Notes under the pieces: generated by a model
Told to the model about the DNA's origin: nothing
Databases searched by the model: none
What the model saw: only the letters and a program-made list of their open reading frames with translations
NCBI RefSeq assembly: GCF_009914755.1
Contig: NC_060928.1
DNA length: 64,000 nucleotides
Direction: 5' to 3' (one strand)
From: the human T2T-CHM13v2.0 reference genome, Homo sapiens
Part shown: positions 13,551 through 27,902 of the stretch, piece by piece
Position numbering within the stretch: the stretch's first letter is position 1
Layout: every line of letters begins with the position of its first letter
Program-made: the position numbers and the translations under genes

Positions 13551-14699
13551 AAATAAAACAGAAATAGTCCTGTGTCTTTTGATTTCTTATCCAGCATTTT
13601 TATTTCTATTTAAAATGTCAAAAATTTCATTATTTGACTGCACTTAATCTTTATTTGCATTTAAAAAACACAACTCTGGTAGCTGGAAGAAGAATGAATT
13701 GGAAGTGGAACACACTGGGGGCACAGAGACCAATAAGTTACAAGGGAACTACAGAAATCCAAGAGAGAGAAGATAAAGCCCTAAACCAAGCTAGTAATAG
13801 TAGAGATAAAAAGGAGAGGATATGGAGGAGCATACAAGGAACAAAAATTTATATGAGACTTCTGAAAGCCTAAGTTTTAAAATCACACTGAAGAAAGAAC
13901 ATATGATGTCCAATAGGGTAGCCCTACCAACATAAAACACTGTGGACCTTGCAGGAAGCCAATTAATAAAATGGAGTATTCAGTGATAACTAGGAAAAGA
14001 AACTTTTGAAAACATCTTGGAATTTACTAAAAAGCCCTGAAAAATAATTGGATGTACTCCTCATTTACTTGCACCAAATTTGCTCTGTTAACAAAGCTAA
14101 TTGCTCAGGATGGATTATAGCAGCCTGAATTAGGTGTGTGTGACATGGTATTTGTGTATTAGTGTACGATGATGTACATGTGTAAAACGTTGGTTGAACA
14201 ATATGTATCCAATGACACTGTGACCACACCTCCCTCTAAGATTTTGCATAAATAAAAATTACATTAGTTTTTGTTATTGTATCTGATGCAACAAAATACA
14301 TGGAAGTTAGGGGAGTAGAAAGATCAGAATGAAGGAGCAATATAAGGTCTTCTGCCTTTCTTCATGGCCAACTTCTCAACTTTAAAAAGAATCCACTCGG
14401 TGTAGGAGATTGAAAAATGCTTGGCAATATGAGCTTTTTATTTTATGGTAACAGAAGGTCCTTTAAATTAAGAGAATCCATTTCATGTTTAAATATAATA
14501 AAGCAAGATATTACCAATATCTTGCTCCAATTCAATTGACAGCATCAGGGCTCATTGCAGTATCTAACTAAATGTTCACCCTTGCCACTGTTTCCAAATG
14601 AATTCATTCATTCACTTACTCATCCTGCAAATATTTATTTGGGGTCTACTATGTGCCTAGCACTATGTGAAGAACTAAAAATACAGTAGTGCTTTAACT

Positions 14700-15070
14700 A
14701 GACATTTCCTCTTGGCACACATTTGATTTACATTTCCAGCCTCCCCTGCAGTTAGTGGGGCTATCAGATCAGTTTCTGATGTATGAAATGTCATACATAA
14801 ACTTCTTTCACAATATTCAATGCCCTTCCTTTTTCTCTGTCCATGAGCTGACTGGAGAAGTTTCAAAGGATCTGGGGACAAGGAGTGAAGAAAGGAGCAA
14901 AAGGAAGGTAGGAGCCTCTGTCAAAATGACAGGAACAATGCCAGTGCTCCCCACTTCCCACCACTATCAAACCTCAATAGACTATGAACTTCATGAGAAA
15001 TAAACTTTCATTGTGTTTAAATGCCATTGACATTGACATTTTAGAGCTGTTTGTTAATGTATTCTGCCTA
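14700..15070 (+). mobile_element. Old MLT1 LTR
   Basis: catttccagcctcccctgcagttag and gagaaataaactttcattgtgtttaa motifs. Confidence 0.6.
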
Positions 15071-17203
15071 TGCAGACGCTGAGACAGCAGGTACTTGGCA
15101 CATTCACAGAGCAGACAGGTCAGCATGACCATAGTTCAGTTATCAAATGAAGAAATGGTAGGAGATGATGTCAGAGAAGCACGAAAGCAAGAAGGCAACA
15201 CAACTACATGCTTTGCTGTGTGTATGTCAACACAGATGCCCAGTGCCCAATCACCAACAGACTTTGAAAGAAGTGACATATTTGGTCACTGGCCATGATG
15301 TGCATTTGTTATTTATGTAATGATTTCTAAACTGAAGGGCTAACAGCCAAGTTTGTATTTTATGCAATTATTCAATTAATGTACTACAGCAACTGAAAAC
15401 TGAATTGTGTTTTGGAGGAACTGGTGTTATTGAACTAAACTGTGGTAGCTGTAATTTGTGCATATTAAAAATATGCAAAATGATGACTGCCTTACTGCTC
15501 TGAGGAACTGCAAAGGTTGTGGGTAGTAGGTAGAGAAAACATTTAAGGTCAAGAGTAGATATTTTAAAGTGGGAAAAATTACAGCCTGTTCGTATGAGGA
15601 TAGAAATGGTGCCGAAGAGATATTGACAGACGAGGAGATATTTATGGGAGTCACATCCTGTGCAGGCCAAAGTAGCCAAAGTGGATGGAATCTAGTGCAC
15701 AAGTGGAGGATTGGTTTTAGACAGAAGCACCAATAGTTCATTCATTTTAACTGCAATATAGAATACATGGATGTGGGGGCTGGTAGGTTGTTGGTGGAAA
15801 AACAAGTTCTCTCTTGATTGCTGCTACTGCATAATAAATAATACAATTTTTTAATTCTCATTTAAAGTTTTACAAGTTTTAAATGTTTATAAAAAATTTA
15901 AAGACCTGGCTTTAAATAAGAATAAAGGGGATAGGAAATAGTAAAGGCTCGAGGGAAGAAAAATCAGTGTGAAATTTTTGTCTTGCAGATAGAGAGTGAA
16001 TTCATGTGGGAATGTAATAGGATTTCTGAATCCTCTAAAAGCCACTCTCAAAATTACTGATTTAAGACAGACCTGTCAGCTTAGTTGTATACTTTTCTCC
16101 AGCCATTTCTATTCTGTCTGAATTCTACACAATTTAAGAAATGAGGCTAATCTCCTACCTCCATTTTTTATGAAACCCTCCCCAGCCAGTAGGACTATCA
16201 CTGGAGATTCTGTGCTCAGAGAAGACAAAGGGAATCTCGGGCTAGACCTATGCTCTGGCTCCCAGGACAAGGTTTCTTTTGAGGACACCTCTCTGTTTTT
16301 CCCATGTAGTGGATATTCTATGAAATGGAAAGCACAGCCCAAGAAAAATAAAGTTATAACAATAAATAGAAAAATACATAATCGATTTTCCCTGTTCTAG
16401 TTAGTTAATATCAGATCAAATTGAAAATAAATGTTGCTTAGAGAATTCTGAAGCAAGCTGTCATAAAAATCAAATAATAGTTTCTTTCTTCTTTCACCTA
16501 AATTTCTACGCTTTCTGACTTCATTTTCCATACTGCAACTTTCATATAGATCCAAACATTCATAGCAATTGAGTAGAATTTGGATTGAAGGCAAAATGAA
16601 GTAAAATAAATCAGAAGTCAGACTAATCCACAGTGTAGGCCACATGGCACAAAGTCAATAAGCAGCCTTATCTCTGTTTCAGGTAACAATCACCACAGAA
16701 AAATTGCAATCCAGTGAAGTCTTTCTATTAATAACGAGACCTTAACTTATCTCTTTCTGAGAACAAGGCTGAGTTTAAATAAAAGAATAAAGCTAACCAA
16801 AGAAGTTGAGTTGATAAATGGTTCATCTTTAAAAAACAAAACAGAACAGAACAAAAAACACCCACTGTTTTGAATTACACTCATCTCCTTTATTCTACTT
16901 CAAAGTTTTTTGTTTGTTTGTTTGTTTGTTTGTTTTTTCAGCTCCAAGTGAAGCCCTGGGGAAAAGAAAAAAAAATGGCTTCACTGCCACTTTTTCAACA
17001 CTTCAGGCTCTTCCCCTGCCTCATGAGCTTCTTACACACATACTGCTCCCTCTGACTAAAGCACTCTTCACTCTATTGGTTTTTTTAACCAACTCCTACG
17101 TAACTTTCAATTTTCATATTGAATAATTTCTCCAAGACCTTCCTTCCTCCCCAGTTAATTTAGGTTTCCCTATCTTTTCCCTGAAAATACCCTATACTTT
17201 TTT

Positions 17204-17512
17204 GGCCGGGTATGGTGACTCACACCTGTAATCCTAACACTTTGGGAGGCCAAGGCGGGTGCATCACCCGAAGTTAGGAATTTGAGACCAGGCTGGCCGA
17301 CGTGGGGAAACCCCGTCTCTACTAAAAATACAAAAATTAGCCAGGCGTGATGGCAAGTTCCTGTAATCCCAGCTACTTGGAAGGCTGAGTCAGGGGAATC
17401 TCTTGAACCTGGGAGGCAGAGGTTGCAGTGAGCCTAGATCGTGCCACTTCACTCCAGCCTGGGCGACAGAGCAAGACTCCACCTCAAAAAAACAAAACAA
17501 ACAAACAAAAAA
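17204..17512 (+). mobile_element. AluS element
   Basis: Dimeric Alu with (AAAC)n tail; TSD-like aaa(t/c)acc(c/t)tatacttttt. Confidence 0.95.
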
Positions 17513-18970
17513 ACACCTTATACTTTTTTTTTCCATAGGACACAATGAAATATGTGTTTGTTTAACATCTGTGCCCCATACTGGATAACAAGCTACATGA
17601 AGGCAGGACTATGCCTGACTTATTCATCATGGCTTAGACAATAGCTAGCTCAGTGCCTGGAACAGGTATTTATTCCTGTCATAGAATAAATACAATATTC
17701 ATGAATAAGTGAACATTTCTTCTTTCACAGAAGACCAGAATCTGAGACAAGGAATTGTCCCATGTGCTCGAAGTCTTTGAAGAGCAAAAATCAAGGAGAG
17801 TAAGAATGGAAGCCACTCAACTACTGCTTCAGAACAAAGTTAGCACGGGCTCCTGAGAAATGACTAGAAGATATGCCTGGGATTCAAAGGACCTCAGAGC
17901 CACCCATAGCTAATGTCCCTGTCATCCAACAGATGCTGTGGCTTTGGGAAAGAACAGCCTTTCTTGACCTCAAATCTTTGTGTCTGAAAAATGAGAGGGG
18001 TACCAGATGCTACCTAAGCAGTCTTCCTACCTAAAATGTATAAGAAGAATGATCAATTTTAATCTCAAAATACAATTCTCACCTTTCAGTTACCAAGATA
18101 CAGCCCCCTTCCCTTAACCTGAGCTACAACAAAACATAAGTTCAATAGAGAATTGATTAATGAGTATAAAAAGGCAGCCCTGTGTTCTTGTGCTCAGAAT
18201 TGGTTGGCTCTGTTCAATTCAATGAGCAAGAAGACTGAATCCTGTACTGTGTTTCATTAGCAAGTACAATAGCCCAGTTTTGATAAAGTGACTCAAATCA
18301 CCTGATCTCTTTTTATTCCCCATGTATTAGCCAAACATTATTATGAAGTATGCTGTTGCCAGGCTACTATTTAGAATGTATGTTATAAGACATGTCTGTA
18401 GGACTTTTGAAATCATCTTTCAGTTTTATTCCCAGTAGTCACTTTCTAAGAATTAATTTCTCTTTTATTATGTGGTAATATTAAAGAGACAGTGTGTACA
18501 GTGTGTGTACATATGACTCACAGCAAATTAAGAGTATTGTGCCTTACTCTATCCAGAGAATCTCCCTGCCAATGGTTGCTGCTCCCACCTTTTTCTCTGA
18601 GCCACATCCTTGGCATCTGACAGCTAGATTACTGCAATAGTTCCCCAACAGTCAGCCTGCCTCTCACATTCTGATATGTCCTGGACTTCTTTGATCAATC
18701 CTGTTAAACCCCTATGCCAGAGGGAACCCCTGCATTAGTTTTTCTCATGCATTGATTTTGCTTTCATTAGTATGCTTACCTAAGATATGGTCTTTACAAA
18801 ATATTTGAAGATGATGATGGTGCAAGGAGATGATGAGAATTACCTTTGATTTTGGGTGGACTGCTGCTGCTTCCATCCTAAAATGTGCCTACATTGTTCT
18901 TTATCTTACCATAGGATCTCTAATCATTCTCCCTGTAACTAACTGGAAATATGTGATAACAATTAGAGTC

Positions 18971-19392
<422 letters not shown>

Positions 19393-22354
19393 TTAGTTCA
19401 AGTCCCGATTTCCTTTCCCTGATTCTGTTGGAAGCAAAATTTATTTAAATTGTGTTCATGGTTACAGTTGCAGCATCAAAAATATATTCAAATTAGGGCT
19501 TATTGGATGATCCATTAACCCCGAATCTCATGTTTTCTACTAATCCTGCTTTACCTGCATTTCAAGGCTATTGAACATTTCAGGAGAAACTATTTACATG
19601 AGACTGTTTGAGAATAATGAAATATAAGTGAACAATATGTCACCACGCCCACTTCCTAAGAACCTCTCCCTGCTCCAACACACACACACCTCCCTGGTGA
19701 ATTGCCATAGCATAGTTTAGCAGCTCTTACCCTTTAAGGGTCAGAGAAACCTGATTTACACAGGTACGTACAAAAAAAAAAATTAAGAATCTTGGTAATT
19801 TCACTTGATGATTAAGAGCTCCTTGCTCCTTGCTCTATTTTAGATAGCTAAATTACACACCTGGCTGCATCTTAAAATATCTGAATATTGAATTTTCTGT
19901 CTTAAGTCCTTCTATCTCATGTCTTACAGTGATTCTCATATGAAAGCAAACCTGGATCAGAATAAAGGCAGAACATAAGCTTTTCTATTATATGGCAATA
20001 TTAAATAGCGTTGATGTATAAAAGGCTTTGTTTCTCAGCAAATCAAAACAGTGATTTAATTTTTAAAACATGTCCTGTCTTTTCTATTTAAAAACTCACA
20101 ATGCCCAATTTCCATGAGGCATGCTTATACAGTAATGTGTTTAAGTTTTTTCTAAGTGTTTTGAGTACCAAACTTAGTTGCAAGGAGAACATTGGCAAGG
20201 GCACTTAGGATTGGTAGTGAAGAGAGAAATACGCTCCCATTTCACTTTATCTAACTTCTTCCAACGGTACTTTGAGAAAGGACATGTGAAAATAAAAAAA
20301 AAAATCCTTGAAGTAGTCCAAATGCAGATACTTCAGACTAAAACATTAATAGTGTGAAAGGTTGTCCCGTGGGCAGAATGTGGCACTACTCCAACTAATT
20401 TAAGGGATTTCAGGTTTTCTCTGGTGAGCTGGGAGATGTGATTTAGGGCAGACACTATGCTGCAGACAAATGGGAAAATGAGAGTCCCAAGGGCAGTGAA
20501 GACTCAGGGAGAGAGGTGGTCAGAGTAGGTTCCAGGGATGAGACTAATGATGGGTCTCAAGTACAGCAATAGCTGACACCGAGCTTAAAACTTCTACTTT
20601 CCTGCTGATATCCTTACAGAATTTTAAATTCTAGAAACCAATGTCAGTGTGCTTCTGAGAATGGAGATGGGTCCCAAGTTGTCCCCTAGAACATTGTGGC
20701 TATGAAGAGATGGCAAGAGGAGAACAAATTGCTATTCAAAGTAAGAAGTGGCAAGTGACAATCAAGCAAACCTCAGCACACCCCCAAGAGCTGGCGGAAA
20801 CACTTGGTTTACTGCAGAAGCATGGGATACAAGTTAAACTATTTTACTGGACATTAATCAAAGGATAACCCTGAAAAGACAGGGGAAAACTTAGTAAGGC
20901 TAAGAACTACCTTGATATTGTCTGTGCCTTGGCACATAATGAGTATTGAAAACACAGGAAGGCTTAACAATTCAGAACAGAGGTTGTAGAGACAGATTTA
21001 AGTTTGAATTTCAACTCTGCCAAGTGACCTTGAGCAAGTTTCTTAACATCTGAAAACCTCTGTTTCTTCTTGTTTAAAATAGACATAATGAGAAGGATTG
21101 AGTGCAGTCATGCATGTAAATGTATCTGACGTGTAATAAATACACAGTAAGTATTTTGGTTTGGGTTTTTATTTTATCTGAATCTAAGTGAAAGAAAAAT
21201 TCTAGATACATTATCAAAATGGTTATAAGCTGCTTCAGGAGAATGCCTGAATTCCTGATCAAAGAGCCAGGAAGCAAACAAACAAACAAAAAAAGATGGG
21301 CACGTAGGAGGTGGTCAGTAGCAAGTTTCCCTCAACGTGGGCTAAACTGGCTCTACTCATGTCTGACAACACAGTGGGAAACTTCTGACACTGCCGGGCT
21401 GTGATGATTGCTCCCTTCTCCCTCCTGCTTCTAGACAGGGTAGCATTTAAACCACCCAAGATTGTCTGTGTCTTATTCTTAGAGCTCACCAGGGGGAAAG
21501 ATACTATCCACTTCTCCAGGCCCCTTCCCATGCACTGCAACCCTCCTGTTCAAAAGATATTTTTTAAGTTAATGTCTGTATTTACATAAAGAAAATGGCT
21601 TATAGGCTTGTAAAGTAGGAGTGAGGTTTCAATGATTTCAGAAAAGTGATATTACAGCAGGAGACCTAAACATGCACAGATTCAGCCTTGCCAATCACTT
21701 CTTGTTTTATTCAGGATTCTTTCAAGGTAAGTGACAAGGAGCCAACTCAAATTACTCTGAGGGAAAAAATAGGAATATGTTGGCTTATGTAATGAAACGT
21801 TCAGGATTTGGTCTGCATTCAGACACAACAGGAGCAGATGTTCAAAACAATGTCCTAAAAGATCTCTCCTGTCCTTTCTTTCCCTTGTTCTCCTTTTCCT
21901 GGTGTTAATGTCAATCTTCAGAAAGTGTTTTTCTTACAGCTCCTGGCCTCAGAAGAAAAAGACCACTTCTCTCTTCCCAATGTTCTCATCAAACCAAATA
22001 ACAGATATCCTTTACTCTTCTCCTCTCCACACAATTCCCAATGAAGAGAGATATATGCAAGAAACAATAGCCAAATGAGAAGCAAAATGCCAATGTCTTT
22101 CTTTCCCCCAATAAAAACAAAACTAAACTAAACAAAAACCTGTAAAACTGTGGTTAGAGGACACTTCTTAGTCCTGGAAGCCTTAATAAGGTTTTTGGCT
22201 TTCTCTCCCCTCCAACTTAGATGGTGGGTACTGAAGAATTAACCCTGGCTTATTGATCTGATCATTTCCAGAGACAGAAGAGGGAGAACAGAAAACTTGG
22301 ATTTACTTTGAACAAGAAAGTACTGTACACAGTGATTCAGCCCATTACCAAATA

Positions 22355-22745
22355 CAGTTTCTCCTCAACTTACGATGGAGTTACATCCCAGTAAACCCAT
22401 TATAAGTTGAGAATATCGTAAGTGGATTGTAAGTTGAGAATATCGTAAGTGGAAAATACAATTAATTCACTTCACCTACCAAACATCATAGCTTAGCCTA
22501 GCCTAACTTAAACATCCTCAGAACACTTATATTCGCCTACAGTTGGGCAAAATCATCTAACACATCTATTTTATAATAAAGCGTTAAATATCTCGGGTAA
22601 TTTACTGAATACTGTACTGAAAGTGAAAAATGGGATGGTTGTATGGGTACTCGAAGTATGGTTTCTACTGAGTTGGCAATGCTTTCATACCATCACAAAG
22701 TTGAAAAATCATTAAGTCAAACCATTGTAAATTGGGAACCATCTG
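22355..22745 (+). mobile_element. MER47A-like Tigger (TcMar) DNA transposon
   Basis: TA-cag...ctg-TA ends; ctcctcaacttacgatggagttacatccc, catcatagcttagcctagcc and ggttgtatgggtactcgaagta. Confidence 0.88.
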
Positions 22746-25109
22746 TATGGCCCAAGGATCAATCACATTGGCACCTTGGGAGAGGAGGTAACCGAGCTGA
22801 TCAGGCATAAGAAAAGAACATGGAAGAATGCCCCCCGCAACATTGATGCCCCTCTTCTAGGACTCAGCATGATTTTGACACAGAAATAAGATATCCTTGT
22901 TTGAACTGCTTGAGGCCACACAGTAAGAAAAGGAGCAGAGGGAATTCTCTACCTGCAGAATACAATTTTGAACCATTCATGCTAAAAGGGGTGCCTTCCA
23001 CAAATCTCAGCACCAAGGGAAGCATGTTTTTCCTATGGCTAGATCCGGGCATGGTTCACTTTCCACTTCATTATAACTCAAACTTCAAAAGGAATAATTT
23101 GTCCTTAGAGTCAGCACTCTGTGTTCACTGCCTGCAGCCACAACCCACCATTGGATCTTATTTTGATATTGTTCATTAGCCTCAGGAACGGCATTTCCAC
23201 TTCTAAAAGTAAACTGACAGCTCTGCATTTCATAATGTTAGGATCTAGAACAAAACTATTTCAAGTGTATCTATAAAATGCACATTTCTTAATATACTTT
23301 TGGCTTCTTACCACTTCTTTTTTTTTTTTCACTTTTAAACCATCATTTCTGTGACTAACAGTGCCCACTTGGTTCACTTCACAATCTGGCCTGTCCCATC
23401 TCAGTACTGCTCAGTGATTGTCCCTAGGGGAAGGTCCCCACCAAAAGTTGTTATTCCAAAGCTCATTATTTCTTTCTGAACCTGAACCTGGACCTGGCCC
23501 TCACTCTCTGCAGGCAGCCTAGTTCCCTGCTTTTCAGAGTAGCTAGATGCATTTATCCAATATGAGCTCTCTGGATTTCTCTTTCCCTGTCTCACAATTT
23601 AACATTCTTGCACTGTTTATGTCATTTCTGCCTCAGAAGGGACCTCTGTCCCAAGGCTAATGACTCCTGATCTCATCCTCCCCATTTGTTCTCTCTCTGC
23701 CTACCCCCTGCCTATTTCTCTTCAGCCTAGAAATAAGCTCATGTCTCTCCATTCTAAAAGAGCAAACAATTCAATAAGTACAAAACAAAAATCTTTAAGC
23801 TTTTCTTCAAGCAACCATTTTCTCTCTTTCCCATAATTTCCAGACTGTTTAACATAGCAGACTTCCTTTGTTCTTGATAATTTCTCACCTCCTGTTTTCT
23901 CCTTAGTATTGCAACCTGATTTCCACAAATTTATTGCATCTCTTAACTACAAATTTATTGCAGCTGTTAACCACTCCTCATCCCACTGCTCATACTACTT
24001 AACTTCTTGTAAGAACAGAGATCTTGTGACCATTTTATCTCAGCACTTAGTAAATACCTAGCAAGAGTTGATGTTCAATTAATTTTTGATTAATTAATAA
24101 CTAACCCTTTGATACTGTTAAACACTCCTTTAAATCTCACCACTCTTCTGGCTTCTGGGACATTATATACCTCTGGTTTTTCTCTTTTCTCTGTTTCTAG
24201 TCCTTCTCATTCTTCATATCTGATTCCTACCTGTTGAATGTAGATATTCCCTAGGATTCTTTCCTTGGCTTTTTTTTTTTTTTTTTGTCATCCATATTCT
24301 CTAACTACAAAATCATCATTCCCAAGATTTCAAATCTCACATGTTTGGTGACTCCCATATTTAGCCTTTGTAAGCCTGACTTTTCCTTAATTCCAACCTT
24401 TGTCTCCCACAATGGATGCTCTGTAGAAGCCTTCAGTTAAACACCCTCACCTAAAGTCACTATTTCCCCTACCCATGCCTACTGTCTTTCTTGTGTTCCT
24501 TACTTCCACTCCTAGTATCTCCAATTACCCAGGCACTGGGCTCCCTTTTCCCATCTCTCACATTTGTACAAACTATAAACCTGGTACTGTAATAGGCACT
24601 AGAGATGTAAATATGGAGATGATATGGTGCCTGCCTGCTTTCCAAGGATATTATAGTCTGTCCGGGTAGGCCAAAACATAAACATACAACTTTGATGTAA
24701 GATGAAGATGGTAATGATGGAGGTGTGTCATTATGGCTATCAGAGCACATAGGGGAAGCTTATTGCTTAGTGTGGTGATGGTGATAGTGAATGTAGGGAA
24801 GCAGTGTTGAGGAGAACAGTCATGGGAGTTTTCCTAGAAGATCTAGTCTCTGATTTGAGTCTTGAAGGAGAGGTACTAGTTGGATATCCAAATGGTTGGT
24901 ATGTAGTATGGTGTGTGAATATGACTGCAGCCCAAATAGGTGAGCTGTACAGGAATCTTGCCAAAGAGACCAGATTTGGAATCAAACCTGCCATATCTAA
25001 TGTGTCTTGCCCGGTTATTTTCTGGTGGAGAACCTAACATCCTTTACAGCCTCCTAACATCACACAGTCTATAGCTAGCAAACAAGACTATCTATAGAAA
25101 ACCTGTAAT

Positions 25110-25372
25110 AATAAAAATAGCTAATATGTACTCAGCATTAGTACAAGCACAGCTCTAAGTGCTTCCCTTCTTTTAGCTTATTTAATTCTCAAGACAACCC
25201 TGTGGGGTAGGAAGTATTATAATCATTTTATAGTGAGGAAACTCACTATAAAGTGGCCCAGAGTGGTGTATATCTCACCTAAGACACAGTTAACAGACAG
25301 CAGAGCTAAGATGTGAACCCAAGCTCTCTAGTCAAGAGTCCATGCTCCTAATCACTATACCATATTGCCTCT
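25110..25372. mobile_element. MIR SINE
   Basis: atagctaatatgtactcagca, acaaccctgtggggtagg and cagcagagctaagatgtgaacccaag. Confidence 0.7.
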
Positions 25373-27902
25373 CCTTTGTTTTAAACTATTTTACTTTCAC
25401 TCTTACCTTTGTAGGATTTGTGTAATTGTGGTGCTTGTTCACCAAATTAGCATGAAAAGATAAAAAAGATCCCAGAGATAGCCTTTGTGCCAAGATATCA
25501 AAAAATCCTAGGCCCTAATTAGAAATGTTAGTGGTTCATGAGGAGGCTCTGTATCCAACATATGCTGAATGATCTAAATAAATATAATCTAATTTAAAAA
25601 AATGTACGCAAAGATTGGCAGGCTTGCTCCTCCCATCTCTCCTAATAATATTTGTCATGAATTATGGGTTGTTATTGTGACGAAAGAGGCTGAATTTTGA
25701 GGGAACTGCAAAATGGTAAAATGTGGAAAGGGATATTTTTTAAAACTTATACAAACATTCATCCAAATGTACCTACTTCAATGGTGTCATCAAATGTCTT
25801 TACATAAAAAATATATATGCTTTAAAATTCTCTGCACAAAATCAATGTATTTTTCCCTTCATACCCAAAAGAATATAAATGGACAGAGCTAATATAAAGA
25901 AATAGAATTGTAGAAACTATTTTTAAAATAAGATTTTACTGGAATATCAAGTACAAAATATGTGGCATGGGAGAAGAGGCAGAAAGTGCTGAGATACGTG
26001 AGGTGGCATGGACTGTAATGTATAAAACTAGGGCTAGGTATGTTAATTCTCTAAGATCACGTTAGTTAGGAACAGAGCAACACTACAATCTAGGTCTTCT
26101 TATATCAAGTCCAGTGTTTGTGTGATATAAATCTTACATCAGGGTCCAGAAGCTGAGAATTGGGAGTAATTTAGAAATCAACAAGGCCAACCCTCTTCAT
26201 TCCCTCTTTAAAAAAAAAAAAGGAAAGAAATCAGTAAGGTACAAAAAGGTGCAATGTCATACACAAAGTCTCACTGCTGATTAGTGTTAGAAACAGGTGT
26301 CTTGGGTCTCCTGATTCCCGTGTTAATTTCCCATTCAATTTCTGGGAAATTGCAATTGAATCCTTTCTTACTCTAGGAGCAGATTGGCCAAACTTAAGTG
26401 CATGAAAAACTATGATTATTGTCATCTTTTTCTTCTCAGAAAGGTATTATGCTGTTTCTTCAAAAACTAAAAAGGGATCAGTGGCATAAGGTGGGGTAGG
26501 GAGAGTCAGCAAAAGAGGTCAGCCCCAATGGAGAAATATTTACAACTGATATCATTAGAGTTGTCAGCATATGGTAATCATGAAAGCAGGACCACATTTT
26601 GGCTGGCTTTATTATTGTTTTTCAGTTCAAAGACAATGCATGCCCTTCTTTGCCTGCACAAGGCTTGAGGAGGGCAGCAATTATAAACACTGTCACTGGT
26701 AGAATTCTCTTCCCTGACTGGGCTCTGGAAAACACAAAACGCACAAAAGAAGCAAATATGCTTGAGTAGAAGATGATGCCAAATATAAAATGATCTCCAT
26801 TTTCCCTATGAGAATAGCCTCCAAAAGAAAAGATTTTTGGCTACCTTGATTAGTTAGTTTTCTAGGGACATAGATGAAATAGTTAAACAACTTCATAAGC
26901 ATGGAATTTGTTCACTTTATATACATATTTTAAAGTACATCTTATATAAAATCACATAAATGAAAAATAACATCATAATTTTCAAACGTTGCCTACTTTT
27001 CTGCCCTTAAATTGCATGAAACCATTTATTTAAGCTCTTCACACATAATTTCAATATCTTTATCATCCTTATCATCACCTGAACCATTTTCAAGTCATCT
27101 AACCATTTCTAGAGCATATTATCTTTATTTCCTTCTAAATCATTTGAGATATTGCATTTTTGAAAATCTCTGTAGGATGCTATCTCCAGAAATTTTGTTC
27201 AAAACAGAATTAGTCATTCCCATAAACTTTTGGATGCTGGGTTTGTTTTTTAAATGTATGCTGAATACTTTTGATGAAAAAATTTACTCTATTGCTTTTT
27301 TAAAAAGTGTTCTTTGAAAGGCTTGTTAAGGCAATATCCAACCTTTAAACTGTGAGATTGGACCCCAGGAATAACTATTAAATCTATGAGTGTCATTGCC
27401 TCTTTTTTAAAACAAATCTGTAAGCAACCTTACCTTCTCTTTGGGTATAGATGGTAAATAAGTCAGTCTTCAACTGGGCACTGAGAACACAGAAGTAGCA
27501 CCAGTGTCACACAGAATGCTGATGCTCAGTTAGCTCAGCCCTATATTCTTTTGCTGCCGAGCAGCACATCCATGCTCTTGACTGGGCAACTAGTAAACTT
27601 CTAGAATGAAATTCAGCACCCTGCCCAGATGGTTTTGCAAGAGCAGTGACCCCCAAACACCAATAAAACCACCAACCACCAAAACATGGGCTCCTATGGT
27701 CTATCCACTCATAAGACAGGCTTGTGATCATGCTTCAGATGCCAGAATAACCAGGGCCGTGCTTAGACCTGGATCAGCAGATCTGTAACATGCAGATAGA
27801 TTCTTTCCTCAAACACTAGCTATTTAAAGCTGTTTTAATGACTTCAGTTCCTCTGGCTGCAAATTCAAGATGGAGCAAACAGTTCAGATTTGGCCCACTG
27901 TG

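Noticed and set aside
21484-21500. CTCF-like caccaggggga
   Set aside because: It lacks the conserved 3' GC part of the motif and has no other support.
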